Source of the DNA: Verrucomicrobia bacterium UBA3869 | GTDB lineage: Bacteria > Verrucomicrobiota > Verrucomicrobiia > Opitutales > UBA9783 | NCBI GenBank assembly: GCA_002392285.1 | Contig: DGGR01000041.1 | Location: forward strand, 30,001-62,000 | DNA: 32,000 nucleotides | Direction of reading: 5' to 3' | Shown here: piece after piece, positions 18,398-27,685 of the stretch | Layout: each line of letters begins with the position of its first letter | How positions within the stretch are numbered: position 1 is the first letter of the stretch | Made by a program: the position numbers and the translations under genes | Notes under the pieces: model-generated | Databases searched by the model: none | What the model was told of the DNA's origin: nothing | Seen by the model: only the letters and a program-made list of their open reading frames with translations

Positions 18398-19914
18398 CGT
18401 TTCTGTAGATAGCGCTTCCATAAGGGTTGCAGGAGCGAAAAGTACTTACGTTCTAATGTCAACAATCCTAGTCCGTAGATCAACAGGCCTGCACTGATAA
18501 CACCGCCTAAATAAAGCGTATCGTGCAGTTTATTGTAGGACCAAGGAATTTGCCGATTAATGAAGACTAAGAACACCCCCAAAAGGATATTGCTGATCCA
18601 AGGAATGTGCAGCAGGGATTGATAGCTGACCTTCAAATTGGGGTATTGGTTCTGGAGGCTGCGGATTTGTAGCCACAGCTGGACTCCATTGCTGACAACG
18701 GATGCCCAAACCAACCCAGGAACTTGAAACAAATGGGATAATCCCAAGGCGCTGATTAAATAGGCAATGAAGGTAAAAAAGCTGATTTTTACAGGGATCA
18801 TTGCCTCATGATGGGCGTAAAAGATACGGGGAAATAGTGCAGTTAACCCAAACAAGGGAAGTCCAATGGTAAAAATACGCAACAGAGGAACAACCTGCTC
18901 CACCGATTGACTTGCAAAACGATTCCAGCAGAAGAATACATTAAGGATGGGGCTTGCTAAACACGCAAGGCCAATTGCCGATGGGATTAATAGCAGCTGC
19001 AGCAGTTGAATATGATTGTGGAGCAGTTGGTGGGTATGCTGCGTGTCGTTTTGAGCGATGGACAACGACAGTTTGGGAAGTAGGATGGAGATGATGGAAA
19101 AAGCAAATAGGCCTAACGGAAGCTCTAGGAAACGATTAGCAAGGTATAAGAACGAAACGCTGGTTGGATCAATAGCATAGGCAAATAACCGTCCACAGAG
19201 GGCATTGATTTGGTAAATAGCGACCCCCAAAATGCTGGGGACAAATAGATGCCATACTTCGGTAAAGCCCTCATCTGGTTCCCAACACCAACTAACAGGA
19301 TAACCTTTGCGTTTGAGTTGCCCTTTGGGTAGAATCCATTGAAAAAAGCCACCGATTACAACGCTTAGCGATAGCACCATCACCCATTGCATCGGTGTAG
19401 CGTATAGCCGGCAACAAGCGATCCCTAGAATCATGGTCAGATTGAGCAAAATAGGTGAGAAGGCGGTGATAGCAAAGGCATTCAATACGTTTAGAGTGCC
19501 ATTCAGTAAGGCTGCGTTACAAATAAACCATAGGTAAGGCAGCATGAGGGTGGTTAGTTCGCAAACCACATACCATTTAGAACAGGATATGCCGCGCATC
19601 AATAACCGTAAAAAAACACCCACGCATAGCGTTGAAACGCCTAAATACACACCAAATTTGGAGAAAAAAATGTTTAAAAACTTAGCAGCCGTGGTGGGAT
19701 GTTGCGCATAGCGTTTAGAAAACACGGGAATAAATGCAGCACTTAAGGCACCTTCTCCGCAGAGTCGACGAAACAGATTAGGAATGGCAAACGCAATTAA
19801 AAACGCTGAGGTTTCCATGGATGCTCCCAGCATGGAAAACAAGAGAATATCGCGCAAAAATCCTGAAATACGGGAGAAAAATGTCCCAGTAATCATTTTT
19901 AACAACGCATGCAT
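18394..19914 (-). CDS. murJ: lipid II flippase
   Basis: TFFSRISGFLRDILLFSMLGAS...AFLIAFAIPNLFRRLCGEGALSAAFIPVF is the MurJ/MviN N-terminal signature. It is a polytopic protein of 506 aa. Confidence 0.9.
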   Translation of the reverse strand: MHALLKMITGTFFSRISGFLRDILLFSMLGASMETSAFLIAFAIPNLFRRLCGEGALSAAFIPVFSKRYAQHPTTAAKFLNIFFSKFGVYLGVSTLCVGVFLRLLMRGISCSKWYVVCELTTLMLPYLWFICNAALLNGTLNVLNAFAITAFSPILLNLTMILGIACCRLYATPMQWVMVLSLSVVIGGFFQWILPKGQLKRKGYPVSWCWEPDEGFTEVWHLFVPSILGVAIYQINALCGRLFAYAIDPTSVSFLYLANRFLELPLGLFAFSIISILLPKLSLSIAQNDTQHTHQLLHNHIQLLQLLLIPSAIGLACLASPILNVFFCWNRFASQSVEQVVPLLRIFTIGLPLFGLTALFPRIFYAHHEAMIPVKISFFTFIAYLISALGLSHLFQVPGLVWASVVSNGVQLWLQIRSLQNQYPNLKVSYQSLLHIPWISNILLGVFLVFINRQIPWSYNKLHDTLYLGGVISAGLLIYGLGLLTLERKYFSLLQPLWKRYLQKR

Positions 19915-20637
19915 TTAGCGTAATGAAAACAAATGTTTTTTCAAAATCCAGCCATCTTCGTCGGTTAAGGTGCTAACAAAGTAATAATCTGCCTGTTCGG
20001 CTTTAATCCAACAAAAAGTTCCCATAGGCCATTGATAACGCGTTGGGCTTTGAGTGCTGGGGGCAAAATACCCAGTGGTTTTTTCAGGCAATACGCACAA
20101 GGAGCGATAGGGAGCGTTAGCCATTATCCCAATGCTTGTGGTTAAGCCTATACCTCCGAACACGAGGGATAGTGCTAAGCAATAAGTCCGTTTGTGGCCC
20201 CAAAAATAGAGCGTTAATAGTATAGCACAGACCCAAAAAGCACCTGCCGCCATCCATCGCCAAGTGCTATCGGTTAAAAACGTAAAAGCATTATAATACC
20301 AAGGGAAGGTAGGGGAATATAAATCAGGGCATTCGGTATACAATTGATGGATTGCCTGGCGATTAGCCTGCCACCGAGGATCGCATCGTTGGGCTTTTAA
20401 CAAGTAGGCTAAGGCCCATCCGTATTGACCGTTATGGGCATAAGCCTGCCCTATGTTATGGTAAACTTGAGGGCTTTGACCGAACGCCAGCGCTTGTTGG
20501 TAGGATTCAATCGCCTGCTTAAAGTGCTGATGACTAAAGTGTTGATTGCCAGCCTGAAACGCAGCTTCGGCTTCTGACTGATTGATGGCAGACAACACAC
20601 CCGGCAGTAATAATAGGAACAACAAATAAGGTTTCAT
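19915..20637 (-). CDS. BatE-like protein (signal peptide, TPR, two TMs, C-terminal SH3-like domain)
   Basis: I prefer the start MKPYLLFLLLLPGVLSA at 20637, which has an ATGA overlap with the batD stop. TPR-like motifs (AYAHNGQYGWALAYLLKA), two TM segments and a C-terminal region (YYFVSTLTDEDGWILKKHL) follow. The position after BatD fits the family. Confidence 0.65.
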   Translation of the reverse strand: MKPYLLFLLLLPGVLSAINQSEAEAAFQAGNQHFSHQHFKQAIESYQQALAFGQSPQVYHNIGQAYAHNGQYGWALAYLLKAQRCDPRWQANRQAIHQLYTECPDLYSPTFPWYYNAFTFLTDSTWRWMAAGAFWVCAILLTLYFWGHKRTYCLALSLVFGGIGLTTSIGIMANAPYRSLCVLPEKTTGYFAPSTQSPTRYQWPMGTFCWIKAEQADYYFVSTLTDEDGWILKKHLFSLR

Positions 20638-22379
20638 CGGAGGGTATGTATAAGGTTTTTGATCGCATCTAAGGAATCGGGCATAGGTACATTGTGGCGT
20701 CCAAATTGTCCTTCTTGGTACCGTTGCTCTAAGGTACGCAACAATTGGATTTGGTCGGCACTTAACTGAGCCAGCTTCCCTCCCAATGCCGCTTCTAATG
20801 AACTTCCATGATGGATGAGTTCGCATTCGATAAGGGCATGGGTGGCTGCGTAAAAGGCTACGCTTTGTTGCTGTTGGAATGCATGTTGTAGGTCGTGTTC
20901 CAAGTGCGCAACGGTTTGTTTATAGTGTTTGTGCGTATGATGCGTTGGCTTTTGAATGCGTTTATACAAGCCAATACTGGTGATGAACCCTAAGGCCAAC
21001 ATCAGCTGGATAGGCCAAAACCAAGCGGTATGAGAATGAATCCATTGAGGGGCTTCGAGCACATTAGGATGGTCGAATGAATGATGAGGCGTTATCGGGT
21101 TTTGTTGGGCAGCAGTTTTTGTTTTAACGGTGGGTTGTTCAGCAATCACTGGATTTGGTTGTGGCGCGTGAATGGCAGGTTTAACCGATATAAATTGTCC
21201 TGCAGACTTGAGGGTTTGGTATTGTTTGGTTTCCGGGTTAAAGTAGCAAAATTCAACGGATGGCAAGGATAAAGCGCCTTCTTTAAGCGGAACAACCGTG
21301 TAGGTAAATTGCATTACGCCCTGATATCCATAGTCATCTTTTGCTTCAAAGACGGCCTTGGGGTCATACGCACGCCAAATAGTTGGGTCGTAGTGTAGTT
21401 GGGGGGCTTGGATGGCTGAAAAATTCCCCTTTCCGCTAATGCTAAGTCTTAGCGATACGGGTTCGTTTTGAATCCGTTCATTTTCAATAATTTTTAAGGG
21501 TAATAACGAAAATTGTCCTATGCCCTGTGAAAATTGCTGTGGAAGCGGTGTGGGCAACGGCAGCACTTCGACTGGAACGGATTCTGTGGTTATTTGCAGG
21601 GGTTCTAGTTTATGTACCCCTAGGCTTTGAAACATCGAAAATGCATCGGTTGGGTCATCGAACGGATTTCTGGATTTTACCATCTTATCCACTTGAACTA
21701 CAATGGAAACCTGTAAGTTGGTTTTAGCCGGTTGAAAGGCGGTTATAAGAGCCGGCCAGGTAAGCGTCAGGTAGGTTTGACCATTGATCGTGGTGGATGA
21801 TGTTTTGGGCTCATCCGGAAGCTTAAAGGCCGAAAAGGCTTCGTTGGAATGCGTCGGATAGGAGGCAATTTGACCATGAATATGTGGTTTAATGGCTAAT
21901 TGCAGGTTCATTGGATAGCATTGCCCCACATACCATTGGGTCGGCAGGGGATGCGTGCAACGGAATTCAATGCCTTCTTGCCGAACGACCGGAAGGGGTT
22001 CGTCGACCGAAAAGGTTATTTCCGGGATCGTGAACGATCCTTTGCTGCCCGTACAGCGAAACGAAGGGATGACGAACGTCCCTGGTTTTTGAGGGCGTAA
22101 ACGAAAATGCAGAGCTTCTTCGTGCGTTTGCTTGCCGTTAATAAACAGCGTATTGATCGATTTACCTTCGTAATAGATTTCTAGGTCCTTTACGGTTGGC
22201 AATTGGTATTGTAATTGCCCCATAGATTGATGAGCGGTAATGATTAAAAATATCGGTTGATGGAGCGCAGGACGCTCAGGCTCAATGCGCGTTGTAACCT
22301 CTAGGATTTTTTGTGTGTCCGCCAAAACAGCACATCCACAGCCGATTAACATTAGTATCCAAACGATAATTCGTTTCAT
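20634..22379 (-). CDS. BatD-like protein
   Basis: It is 581 aa with a signal peptide, a long beta-rich periplasmic region, one C-terminal TM (WFWPIQLMLALGFITSIGLY) and a cytoplasmic tail. Architecture and operon position match BatD. Confidence 0.7.
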   Translation of the reverse strand: MKRIIVWILMLIGCGCAVLADTQKILEVTTRIEPERPALHQPIFLIITAHQSMGQLQYQLPTVKDLEIYYEGKSINTLFINGKQTHEEALHFRLRPQKPGTFVIPSFRCTGSKGSFTIPEITFSVDEPLPVVRQEGIEFRCTHPLPTQWYVGQCYPMNLQLAIKPHIHGQIASYPTHSNEAFSAFKLPDEPKTSSTTINGQTYLTLTWPALITAFQPAKTNLQVSIVVQVDKMVKSRNPFDDPTDAFSMFQSLGVHKLEPLQITTESVPVEVLPLPTPLPQQFSQGIGQFSLLPLKIIENERIQNEPVSLRLSISGKGNFSAIQAPQLHYDPTIWRAYDPKAVFEAKDDYGYQGVMQFTYTVVPLKEGALSLPSVEFCYFNPETKQYQTLKSAGQFISVKPAIHAPQPNPVIAEQPTVKTKTAAQQNPITPHHSFDHPNVLEAPQWIHSHTAWFWPIQLMLALGFITSIGLYKRIQKPTHHTHKHYKQTVAHLEHDLQHAFQQQQSVAFYAATHALIECELIHHGSSLEAALGGKLAQLSADQIQLLRTLEQRYQEGQFGRHNVPMPDSLDAIKNLIHTLR

Positions 22380-22380
22380 A

Positions 22381-23127
22381 TTACCAATCTTTTAGCACGG
22401 GTTCGTGGTTTTGGGGAGCCGAAAAATGGACAGGAAACAATTTTTCATTTTGTTGCTCTTGTTTTAGCAATAGCTCACTGGTTTGCTGCTCTTCGTTGGC
22501 GCTTTGTTTTTCTTGCTCCTCCTGAGGGGTTTGTTGCGAATTGTTGGCCGCCGGCTCTTGAGCTTGTTCTTGTTCTTGCTTTTGCGGTTGCTGGTTTTGC
22601 TGTTCTTGCTGCTGGTTATCACGCGAGGGGTGTTGTTGGTCCTTGTCCGATGTGTTTTGCTGCTGATTATCCTGCTGCTGTTGCTTGCTCTGTTTCTTTT
22701 TTAACTCCTCTAATAATTTTTGTACCGTTGAACGATTGGCCTGAGCATCCTGAGCTGTTTGATCAAACGCCAAGGCGGCATCATAGGCCTGTAAACTTTT
22801 TTCTAGCAAGGCTATCTTAGCAGGCAATTGCCCCTGTAAGGATTTTGCTTTTTCAAAATACGCATGTCCTAGGTTGTAAAAAATGTTCCCCTGCTTATCT
22901 TTTTGTTGACACCGTTGCAGCGCTTGATGGTTCGCTGCTATAGCTTTATCATATTGGGTGTTTTGGTCATAGGCACGTGCTAAGTTATAATGACATTTCC
23001 AATCTTTTGGGTGCGTTTGACATTGGTGCTGCAATTGCTGCAGATTCTGATGGCGCTCGATTGTATCAGAAGCAGCAGCCCCTAGGGAGCAAGGCATCAA
23101 TAACAGCCAATAATAATGACGTTTCAT
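22381..23127 (-). CDS. BatC-like TPR protein with Q/E-rich tail
   Basis: A signal peptide and TPR repeats (YNLARAYDQNTQYDKAI, YNLGHAYFEKAK) are followed by a long Q/E/K-rich low-complexity tail. The tail ends in KDW, as I recall for BatC homologues. Confidence 0.7.
   Translation of the reverse strand: MKRHYYWLLLMPCSLGAAASDTIERHQNLQQLQHQCQTHPKDWKCHYNLARAYDQNTQYDKAIAANHQALQRCQQKDKQGNIFYNLGHAYFEKAKSLQGQLPAKIALLEKSLQAYDAALAFDQTAQDAQANRSTVQKLLEELKKKQSKQQQQDNQQQNTSDKDQQHPSRDNQQQEQQNQQPQKQEQEQAQEPAANNSQQTPQEEQEKQSANEEQQTSELLLKQEQQNEKLFPVHFSAPQNHEPVLKDW
22444..22701 (-). repeat. low-complexity CAG/CAA/GAA-rich coding tract (Q/E-rich tail of the BatC-like protein)
   Basis: Residues about 143-228 read KKKQSKQQQQDNQQQ...QEQEQAQE...LKQEQQNE. 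The plus strand reads as TTGCTG/TTGTTG-rich sequence. Confidence 0.8.
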
Positions 23128-24125
23128 GCGTGTTTACGTTTCCTTAAGACATACAACAAAGGTTCAACGGCAAGCAAGATGAAGGTAGCCCATAAAAAGC
23201 CACGATACCGTTCAATCGGTTTTTGTTCGATACTTTCAAAATTTTCTTTGGGCAGCTGTTTGATGGCTAGGTCATAGATGTGCTGTAATCCATCGCCTGC
23301 ATTTCCCAGTGGCGCGTAAAACCCTCCAGTTGTCGATGCAATGGTTTTTAGGGTCTGCTCATCCAAATGCGTAATGAGGGTATTCCCCCGATCATCCTTT
23401 TTGTAGATTTGCGTTCCATTGGGGGCGTCGATCAGAATGCTTCCGCCTTGGGTCGTTCCAATACCAATAGTATGTACTACAATGCCCGCTTTTTTAAGTA
23501 CTTCGATGGCATGCCCAACGGTGCCGCTTAAATCCTCCCCGTCTGTAATCAGCATGAGATGTTTATAGGGTGCTTGGGGATTAAAACACTTTTGGGCTAA
23601 CAGCAACGGAGCGGATAGGTTGGTCCCTCCGTGTTGAATGGTATCGGTGTTAATAGCCTGCAAGGAGGCTTTAAATGCACCAAAGTCGGTTGTGGGTGGG
23701 CATTGGAGGAAGGCGCTACCCGCAAACGCAATCAAGCCCACTTGACTATCCTTGAGGGTTTTTGAAAGGTCGAGGATGCTCATTTTGGCTAACTCCAAGC
23801 GATTGGGTCGAACATCGTTTGCGAGCATACTTTTGGACGTATCGAGTGCAAAGAGCATGGTAACGCCCCTATGCGGTATTTTTTCTAGGTGAAAACCCCA
23901 TTGTGGGCGGGCGATTGCAAGGTCAAAGCTTACGATTGCAAGCGTCAAACAGAACGTCCGAAGTGCTTGATGTATCGGTTCGTGAGGCGGAACAATCGCT
24001 TGGGTTGCGGCTCCCCAACGCGCCAAGCGTTTGCGTTGGTTATAGCGTTGGCTTAGCATCCATGCGCTGATGCACAAGCTGATGAATACGGCTAACAAAC
24101 CTAATTTGGGGGATGCAAAGGTCAT
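23124..24125 (-). CDS. VWA domain protein, BatB-like
   Basis: There are two N-terminal TMs. The VWA MIDAS motif is LFALDTSKSM, followed by ITDGED and a C-terminal TM. It has ATGA overlaps on both sides. Confidence 0.8.
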   Translation of the reverse strand: MTFASPKLGLLAVFISLCISAWMLSQRYNQRKRLARWGAATQAIVPPHEPIHQALRTFCLTLAIVSFDLAIARPQWGFHLEKIPHRGVTMLFALDTSKSMLANDVRPNRLELAKMSILDLSKTLKDSQVGLIAFAGSAFLQCPPTTDFGAFKASLQAINTDTIQHGGTNLSAPLLLAQKCFNPQAPYKHLMLITDGEDLSGTVGHAIEVLKKAGIVVHTIGIGTTQGGSILIDAPNGTQIYKKDDRGNTLITHLDEQTLKTIASTTGGFYAPLGNAGDGLQHIYDLAIKQLPKENFESIEQKPIERYRGFLWATFILLAVEPLLYVLRKRKHA

Positions 24126-25066
24126 GATACAACGCGGTAACGGTACAAACGCAACAAGGCTTCGGTTATTAATCCTAATGCAGCCAACAGAAGGAAGTAT
24201 TGGAAATAATCGTTTTGGGTTTGATAATCCTCAGCGGCGTGTTTGCTGGTTTCCAGCGTATCGATTTCATGGTAAATCATACGCAGGGTTTTGAAATCAT
24301 AGGCGCGATAGAATTTGCCTTGTGTGGTTTGAGCGATGGCCGACAGAACCGATTCATCAGCAGGCAGCACCTGGTCGTTGCCTACCAAAATAGTATAAAT
24401 CTTAATGTTGAAGCTTTTAGCCAACTTAGCGGCCATGGTTGGGGATATCGTGCCACAATTATTAACCCCGTCGGTGAGTAAAATGATAATTCGACTTTTA
24501 TGCGCTTGGTCTTTCATGCGATTAATACCCATGGAGATGGCGCTACCAATAGCAGTTCCATCTTCAATCAGTCCTGCCTTAAGTCGTTTTAGGTTATCCA
24601 GCAGCCAATGATGCCTTAAGGTAAGGGGGCTTACCAAGTAAGGATAACGGGCAAACGAAATGAGTCCGATTCGGTCATTGGGGCGCTGATGGATAAATTC
24701 TTCAATAACGTTTTTAGCTGCTTGAATACGGGTGGTACGCTTGCCAAGGGAGGATACAAAATCGGGAGCCAGCATGGAGGTGGATAAATCAAGCGCCAAT
24801 AAGATATCGATGCCATTTTTTTCGCTATCGGTGTATGCAGTAACCATTTGCGGGCGAGTCAGCGCTAGGATGATACATCCCAACGATAAGGCACGCGCCA
24901 ACAGAGGAATTTTAACGGGGTTAGTGGATAAAGGAGCCAGCGCTTGAGTGGATGCATGTGCTACAAAGCGTTTAGCGTGCCACGTGCGTACAGCGTACCA
25001 ATACCATACGGGAAGCCATAGGAGGTTGAACAAAACCCAAAGGTGTTTGAAGGCAAAGGTGGTCAT
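24122..25066 (-). CDS. VWA domain protein, BatA-like
   Basis: N-terminal TMs, the MIDAS motif LLALDLSTSM, LLTDGVNN and a C-terminal TM are present, in the typical BatA position. Confidence 0.85.
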   Translation of the reverse strand: MTTFAFKHLWVLFNLLWLPVWYWYAVRTWHAKRFVAHASTQALAPLSTNPVKIPLLARALSLGCIILALTRPQMVTAYTDSEKNGIDILLALDLSTSMLAPDFVSSLGKRTTRIQAAKNVIEEFIHQRPNDRIGLISFARYPYLVSPLTLRHHWLLDNLKRLKAGLIEDGTAIGSAISMGINRMKDQAHKSRIIILLTDGVNNCGTISPTMAAKLAKSFNIKIYTILVGNDQVLPADESVLSAIAQTTQGKFYRAYDFKTLRMIYHEIDTLETSKHAAEDYQTQNDYFQYFLLLAALGLITEALLRLYRYRVVS

Positions 25067-25731
25067 GACGATTTGGGTTGTTCCATCAAAGGTTCTGGGT
25101 GCGCAAGCTTTTCTGATAATGTCAGAATCAATTCAGCTTGCTGGTACAGTTTCATGCGCTCGGAAGGCGTGCAAGGCAAGGTGGTAAATTTGATTAGGTC
25201 GCATGCATGGCTGAATTGCGTAATCAACATTCGTAATTCATCATTGAGCCGTTCGCAATGCGGCAATTGTACCAAGAGCTCATCGGTCGTACATTCCGGC
25301 GCAGGTAATTGAAAAGTTTGAGATAGGTACACGCGTAAGGCGTCGGATAGCGCAAATCCTAGTAATTTGGGGTCGGGAGCATCTATGTACTGTTTGGCGT
25401 TTTTTAGCTGCTGGAATGCCGCTTCCAACGGGGTAATGGATACAGTTACGATCGGTTTTTTATGCAGCCGCCGATAACCTAAATAGCCGATTAAGCACAG
25501 GAGTAGCAACAGGAGCGCTCCATAAAGCAGTAAGGGAGAACTGAGCGGTTCGGCAGGACGGAGAGGCAGTACGGTGTCAGTTATGGAAAAATCGTTGGCC
25601 TGCTGAAAGGGATTGAGCGTAATGCTTGGGTCGGGTGCTTGACCGAGTGCATTGGGGGGAAGTGCAGCAGCGCTTAGCGGCAAGTTCCAGCAAAACGCCA
25701 AGCAGCACATAACGATACAAAGGTTAGCCAT
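25063..25731 (-). CDS. DUF4381-like membrane protein
   Basis: It has a signal-like N-terminus, one TM (LLLYGALLLLLLCLIGYLGY) and then ALSDALRVYLSQTFQLPAPECTTDELL, which resembles DUF4381. The slot between DUF58 and BatA fits. Confidence 0.55.
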   Translation of the reverse strand: MANLCIVMCCLAFCWNLPLSAAALPPNALGQAPDPSITLNPFQQANDFSITDTVLPLRPAEPLSSPLLLYGALLLLLLCLIGYLGYRRLHKKPIVTVSITPLEAAFQQLKNAKQYIDAPDPKLLGFALSDALRVYLSQTFQLPAPECTTDELLVQLPHCERLNDELRMLITQFSHACDLIKFTTLPCTPSERMKLYQQAELILTLSEKLAHPEPLMEQPKSS

Positions 25732-26627
25732 TAGGATTTACGCTGAATAAATAGGTTAAGGGCGTTTATGTACGGTTGTTGGTTGATGAGGGTTAACATA
25801 CGAACACCGTACGGTTGAATCGCTTTTTCAAATGCCTGCCACCGAGCCTTTTGGTGTTGCTCGTAAATAGCGCGTGTGTGTGCATTCCCGGTATCTATAT
25901 AAAGTGTTTGCTGAGTTTCTGCATCCTCTAAAGCAATAAAGCCTACGTTGGGTAATGTTTGTTCCCGGGGATCTTCTAAACGGATGCACAACAGGTCGTG
26001 CTTTTGTTTGATCCGACGGAGCGTTTTAAACAGTTTATCTTGATCGGCCGATGCCGGTTGGATGAAATCGGATAAAACGCATATAATCGACCGTTTTTTC
26101 AATAGGTGCATCAGCGCTTGCAGGCTACTCACCAAATCGGTTTGTTGGTGTTGCGCTTGGAAGAACAGCCCTTCGCGAATAAAGGTATAGAGTTGGTTTG
26201 GATTCCTTTTGGGAGGAATAAACGTTTCAATGTGGTCTGAACATAAGCATAATCCCACACGGTCGCGGTTTTTTAATGCAGAATAAGCCAAGGTAGCGCC
26301 GATTTCGGTTGCAAATTGGCGTTTGGATATGCCGGTTCCGCATGCAACCGATCCGCTGATGTCCATAACCACCAGAAGGGTTAAATCCCGCTCTTCGCAA
26401 AAAATCTTCACCACCGGCTTGTTCAGTTTGGCGGTTGAATTCCAATCGATTGATCGGATATCATCTCCGAAGGCATAGGGACGTAAGGAATCGAACACCA
26501 ATCCGTTGCCCTTAAAGGTGCTATTGTAGGTGCCAGACAAACCGCCTTCTGTTTTAACCCGGTTTGTTAAATGAACAGCGCGAATTTTTTTAACAATCGC
26601 GTTTACAGCTGTGTCTTCTGGGGTCAC
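25731..26627 (-). CDS. DUF58 domain protein (MoxR-associated, VWA-like)
   Basis: GEFHSLRPY-type motifs (FDSLRPYAFGDDIRSIDWNSTAK) and a VWA-like LVVMDISGS are present. The GTG start at 26627 overlaps the moxR stop (GTGA). Confidence 0.85.
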   Translation of the reverse strand: MTPEDTAVNAIVKKIRAVHLTNRVKTEGGLSGTYNSTFKGNGLVFDSLRPYAFGDDIRSIDWNSTAKLNKPVVKIFCEERDLTLLVVMDISGSVACGTGISKRQFATEIGATLAYSALKNRDRVGLCLCSDHIETFIPPKRNPNQLYTFIREGLFFQAQHQQTDLVSSLQALMHLLKKRSIICVLSDFIQPASADQDKLFKTLRRIKQKHDLLCIRLEDPREQTLPNVGFIALEDAETQQTLYIDTGNAHTRAIYEQHQKARWQAFEKAIQPYGVRMLTLINQQPYINALNLFIQRKS

Positions 26628-27628
26628 GGAACAGGGATGGTTTCTAAAATCTTGGTAATAATTTGGCTGCTGGTTACCCTATCCGATTCCGCTTCATAAG
26701 ATAAGTTAATACGGTGACACAAAGCTGGGAATGCAACCGACTTAACATCTTGCGGGACTACATACCCACGACCTTGCAGGAACGCATGGACTTTTGCAGC
26801 AAGCGCGAGTGCAATGACCCCACGAGATGATACTCCAAAGCGCAGCAAGGGTTTAATAGCCGCTAGGTTGTAATCCTCAGGCGTACGGGTTGCTTGAACT
26901 AAATCGACAATGTAGTTTTCAATTTTAGCATCGATGTAAATCTTATCGATCCAGCGTTGGGTTTCAAAAATTTCTTTTTCAGAAAAGAGCACATTTACCG
27001 GTTCAGGAGCCCGCAGTTGACTTTGGGTTTTAAGGATTTTTAGCTCAGTTTCTTTAGACGGATACGTTACCTCTAACTGCAACATAAAGCGGTCGATTTG
27101 CGCTTCTGGCAGCGGATAGGTCCCTTCTTGTTCAATGGGATTTTGGGTTGCTAGCACAAAAAACGGTTTAGGTAACGCATACGTTGTGTCTCCTAAGGTA
27201 ACTTGGTGCTCTTGCATGCTTTCTAACAGAGCGCTTTGTACTTTTGAGGGTGCACGATTGATTTCATCCGCCAATAAGATATGGGTGAAAATAGGGCCTT
27301 TTTTGGTGGTAAAACTACCGGCGCTTGGGTTATAGATGAGCGTTCCGGTAATGTCGGAAGGCAATAAATCAGGCGTAAATTGAATGCGGTTGAACTGCAA
27401 TTTAAAGACCTGCGCTAAGGTTTTGATCAGCAGGGTTTTCCCTAATCCTGGTAGACCTTCTAGCAATACATGCCCATTACCCAGTAAACCAATCAATAAT
27501 CCTTCGAGTACATGGATCTCTCCCAAATAGATTTTGGAAATTTCCAGCTTCAACTGTTCAATCCACCCACTGTGCGCTTGAATTTGCTCGTTGAGTTCAC
27601 TTAAAGAAAGCGTGTCGGATGTTGTCAT
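26624..27628 (-). CDS. moxR: MoxR-family AAA+ ATPase
   Basis: Walker A is LEGLPGLGKT and Walker B is ILLADEINRAPSKVQSALLE. FFVLATQNPIEQEGTYPLPEAQIDRF is also present. The protein is 334 aa. Confidence 0.95.
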   Translation of the reverse strand: MTTSDTLSLSELNEQIQAHSGWIEQLKLEISKIYLGEIHVLEGLLIGLLGNGHVLLEGLPGLGKTLLIKTLAQVFKLQFNRIQFTPDLLPSDITGTLIYNPSAGSFTTKKGPIFTHILLADEINRAPSKVQSALLESMQEHQVTLGDTTYALPKPFFVLATQNPIEQEGTYPLPEAQIDRFMLQLEVTYPSKETELKILKTQSQLRAPEPVNVLFSEKEIFETQRWIDKIYIDAKIENYIVDLVQATRTPEDYNLAAIKPLLRFGVSSRGVIALALAAKVHAFLQGRGYVVPQDVKSVAFPALCHRINLSYEAESDRVTSSQIITKILETIPVP

Positions 27629-27685
27629 AAATGATTATCAATCAGTGTACCTAAGCACCTGCGATAGGCAACCTAAAATTGGGCG

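Noticed and set aside
22483-22704. A 73-aa Leu-rich plus-strand ORF (MLLFVGALFFLLLL...)
   Set aside because: It is the antisense reading of the CAA/CAG/GAA-rich tail of the BatC-like gene and is a low-complexity artefact.
23124-27628. A MoxR AAA+ ATPase with several VWA proteins, considered as a possible novel defence or NTPase-VWA system
   Set aside because: Gene order, domain content and accessory genes (DUF58, DUF4381-like, TPR, BatD-like, TPR/SH3-like) match the well-known Bat operon. It is poorly understood but not undescribed. No nuclease, effector or mobile-element context is present.
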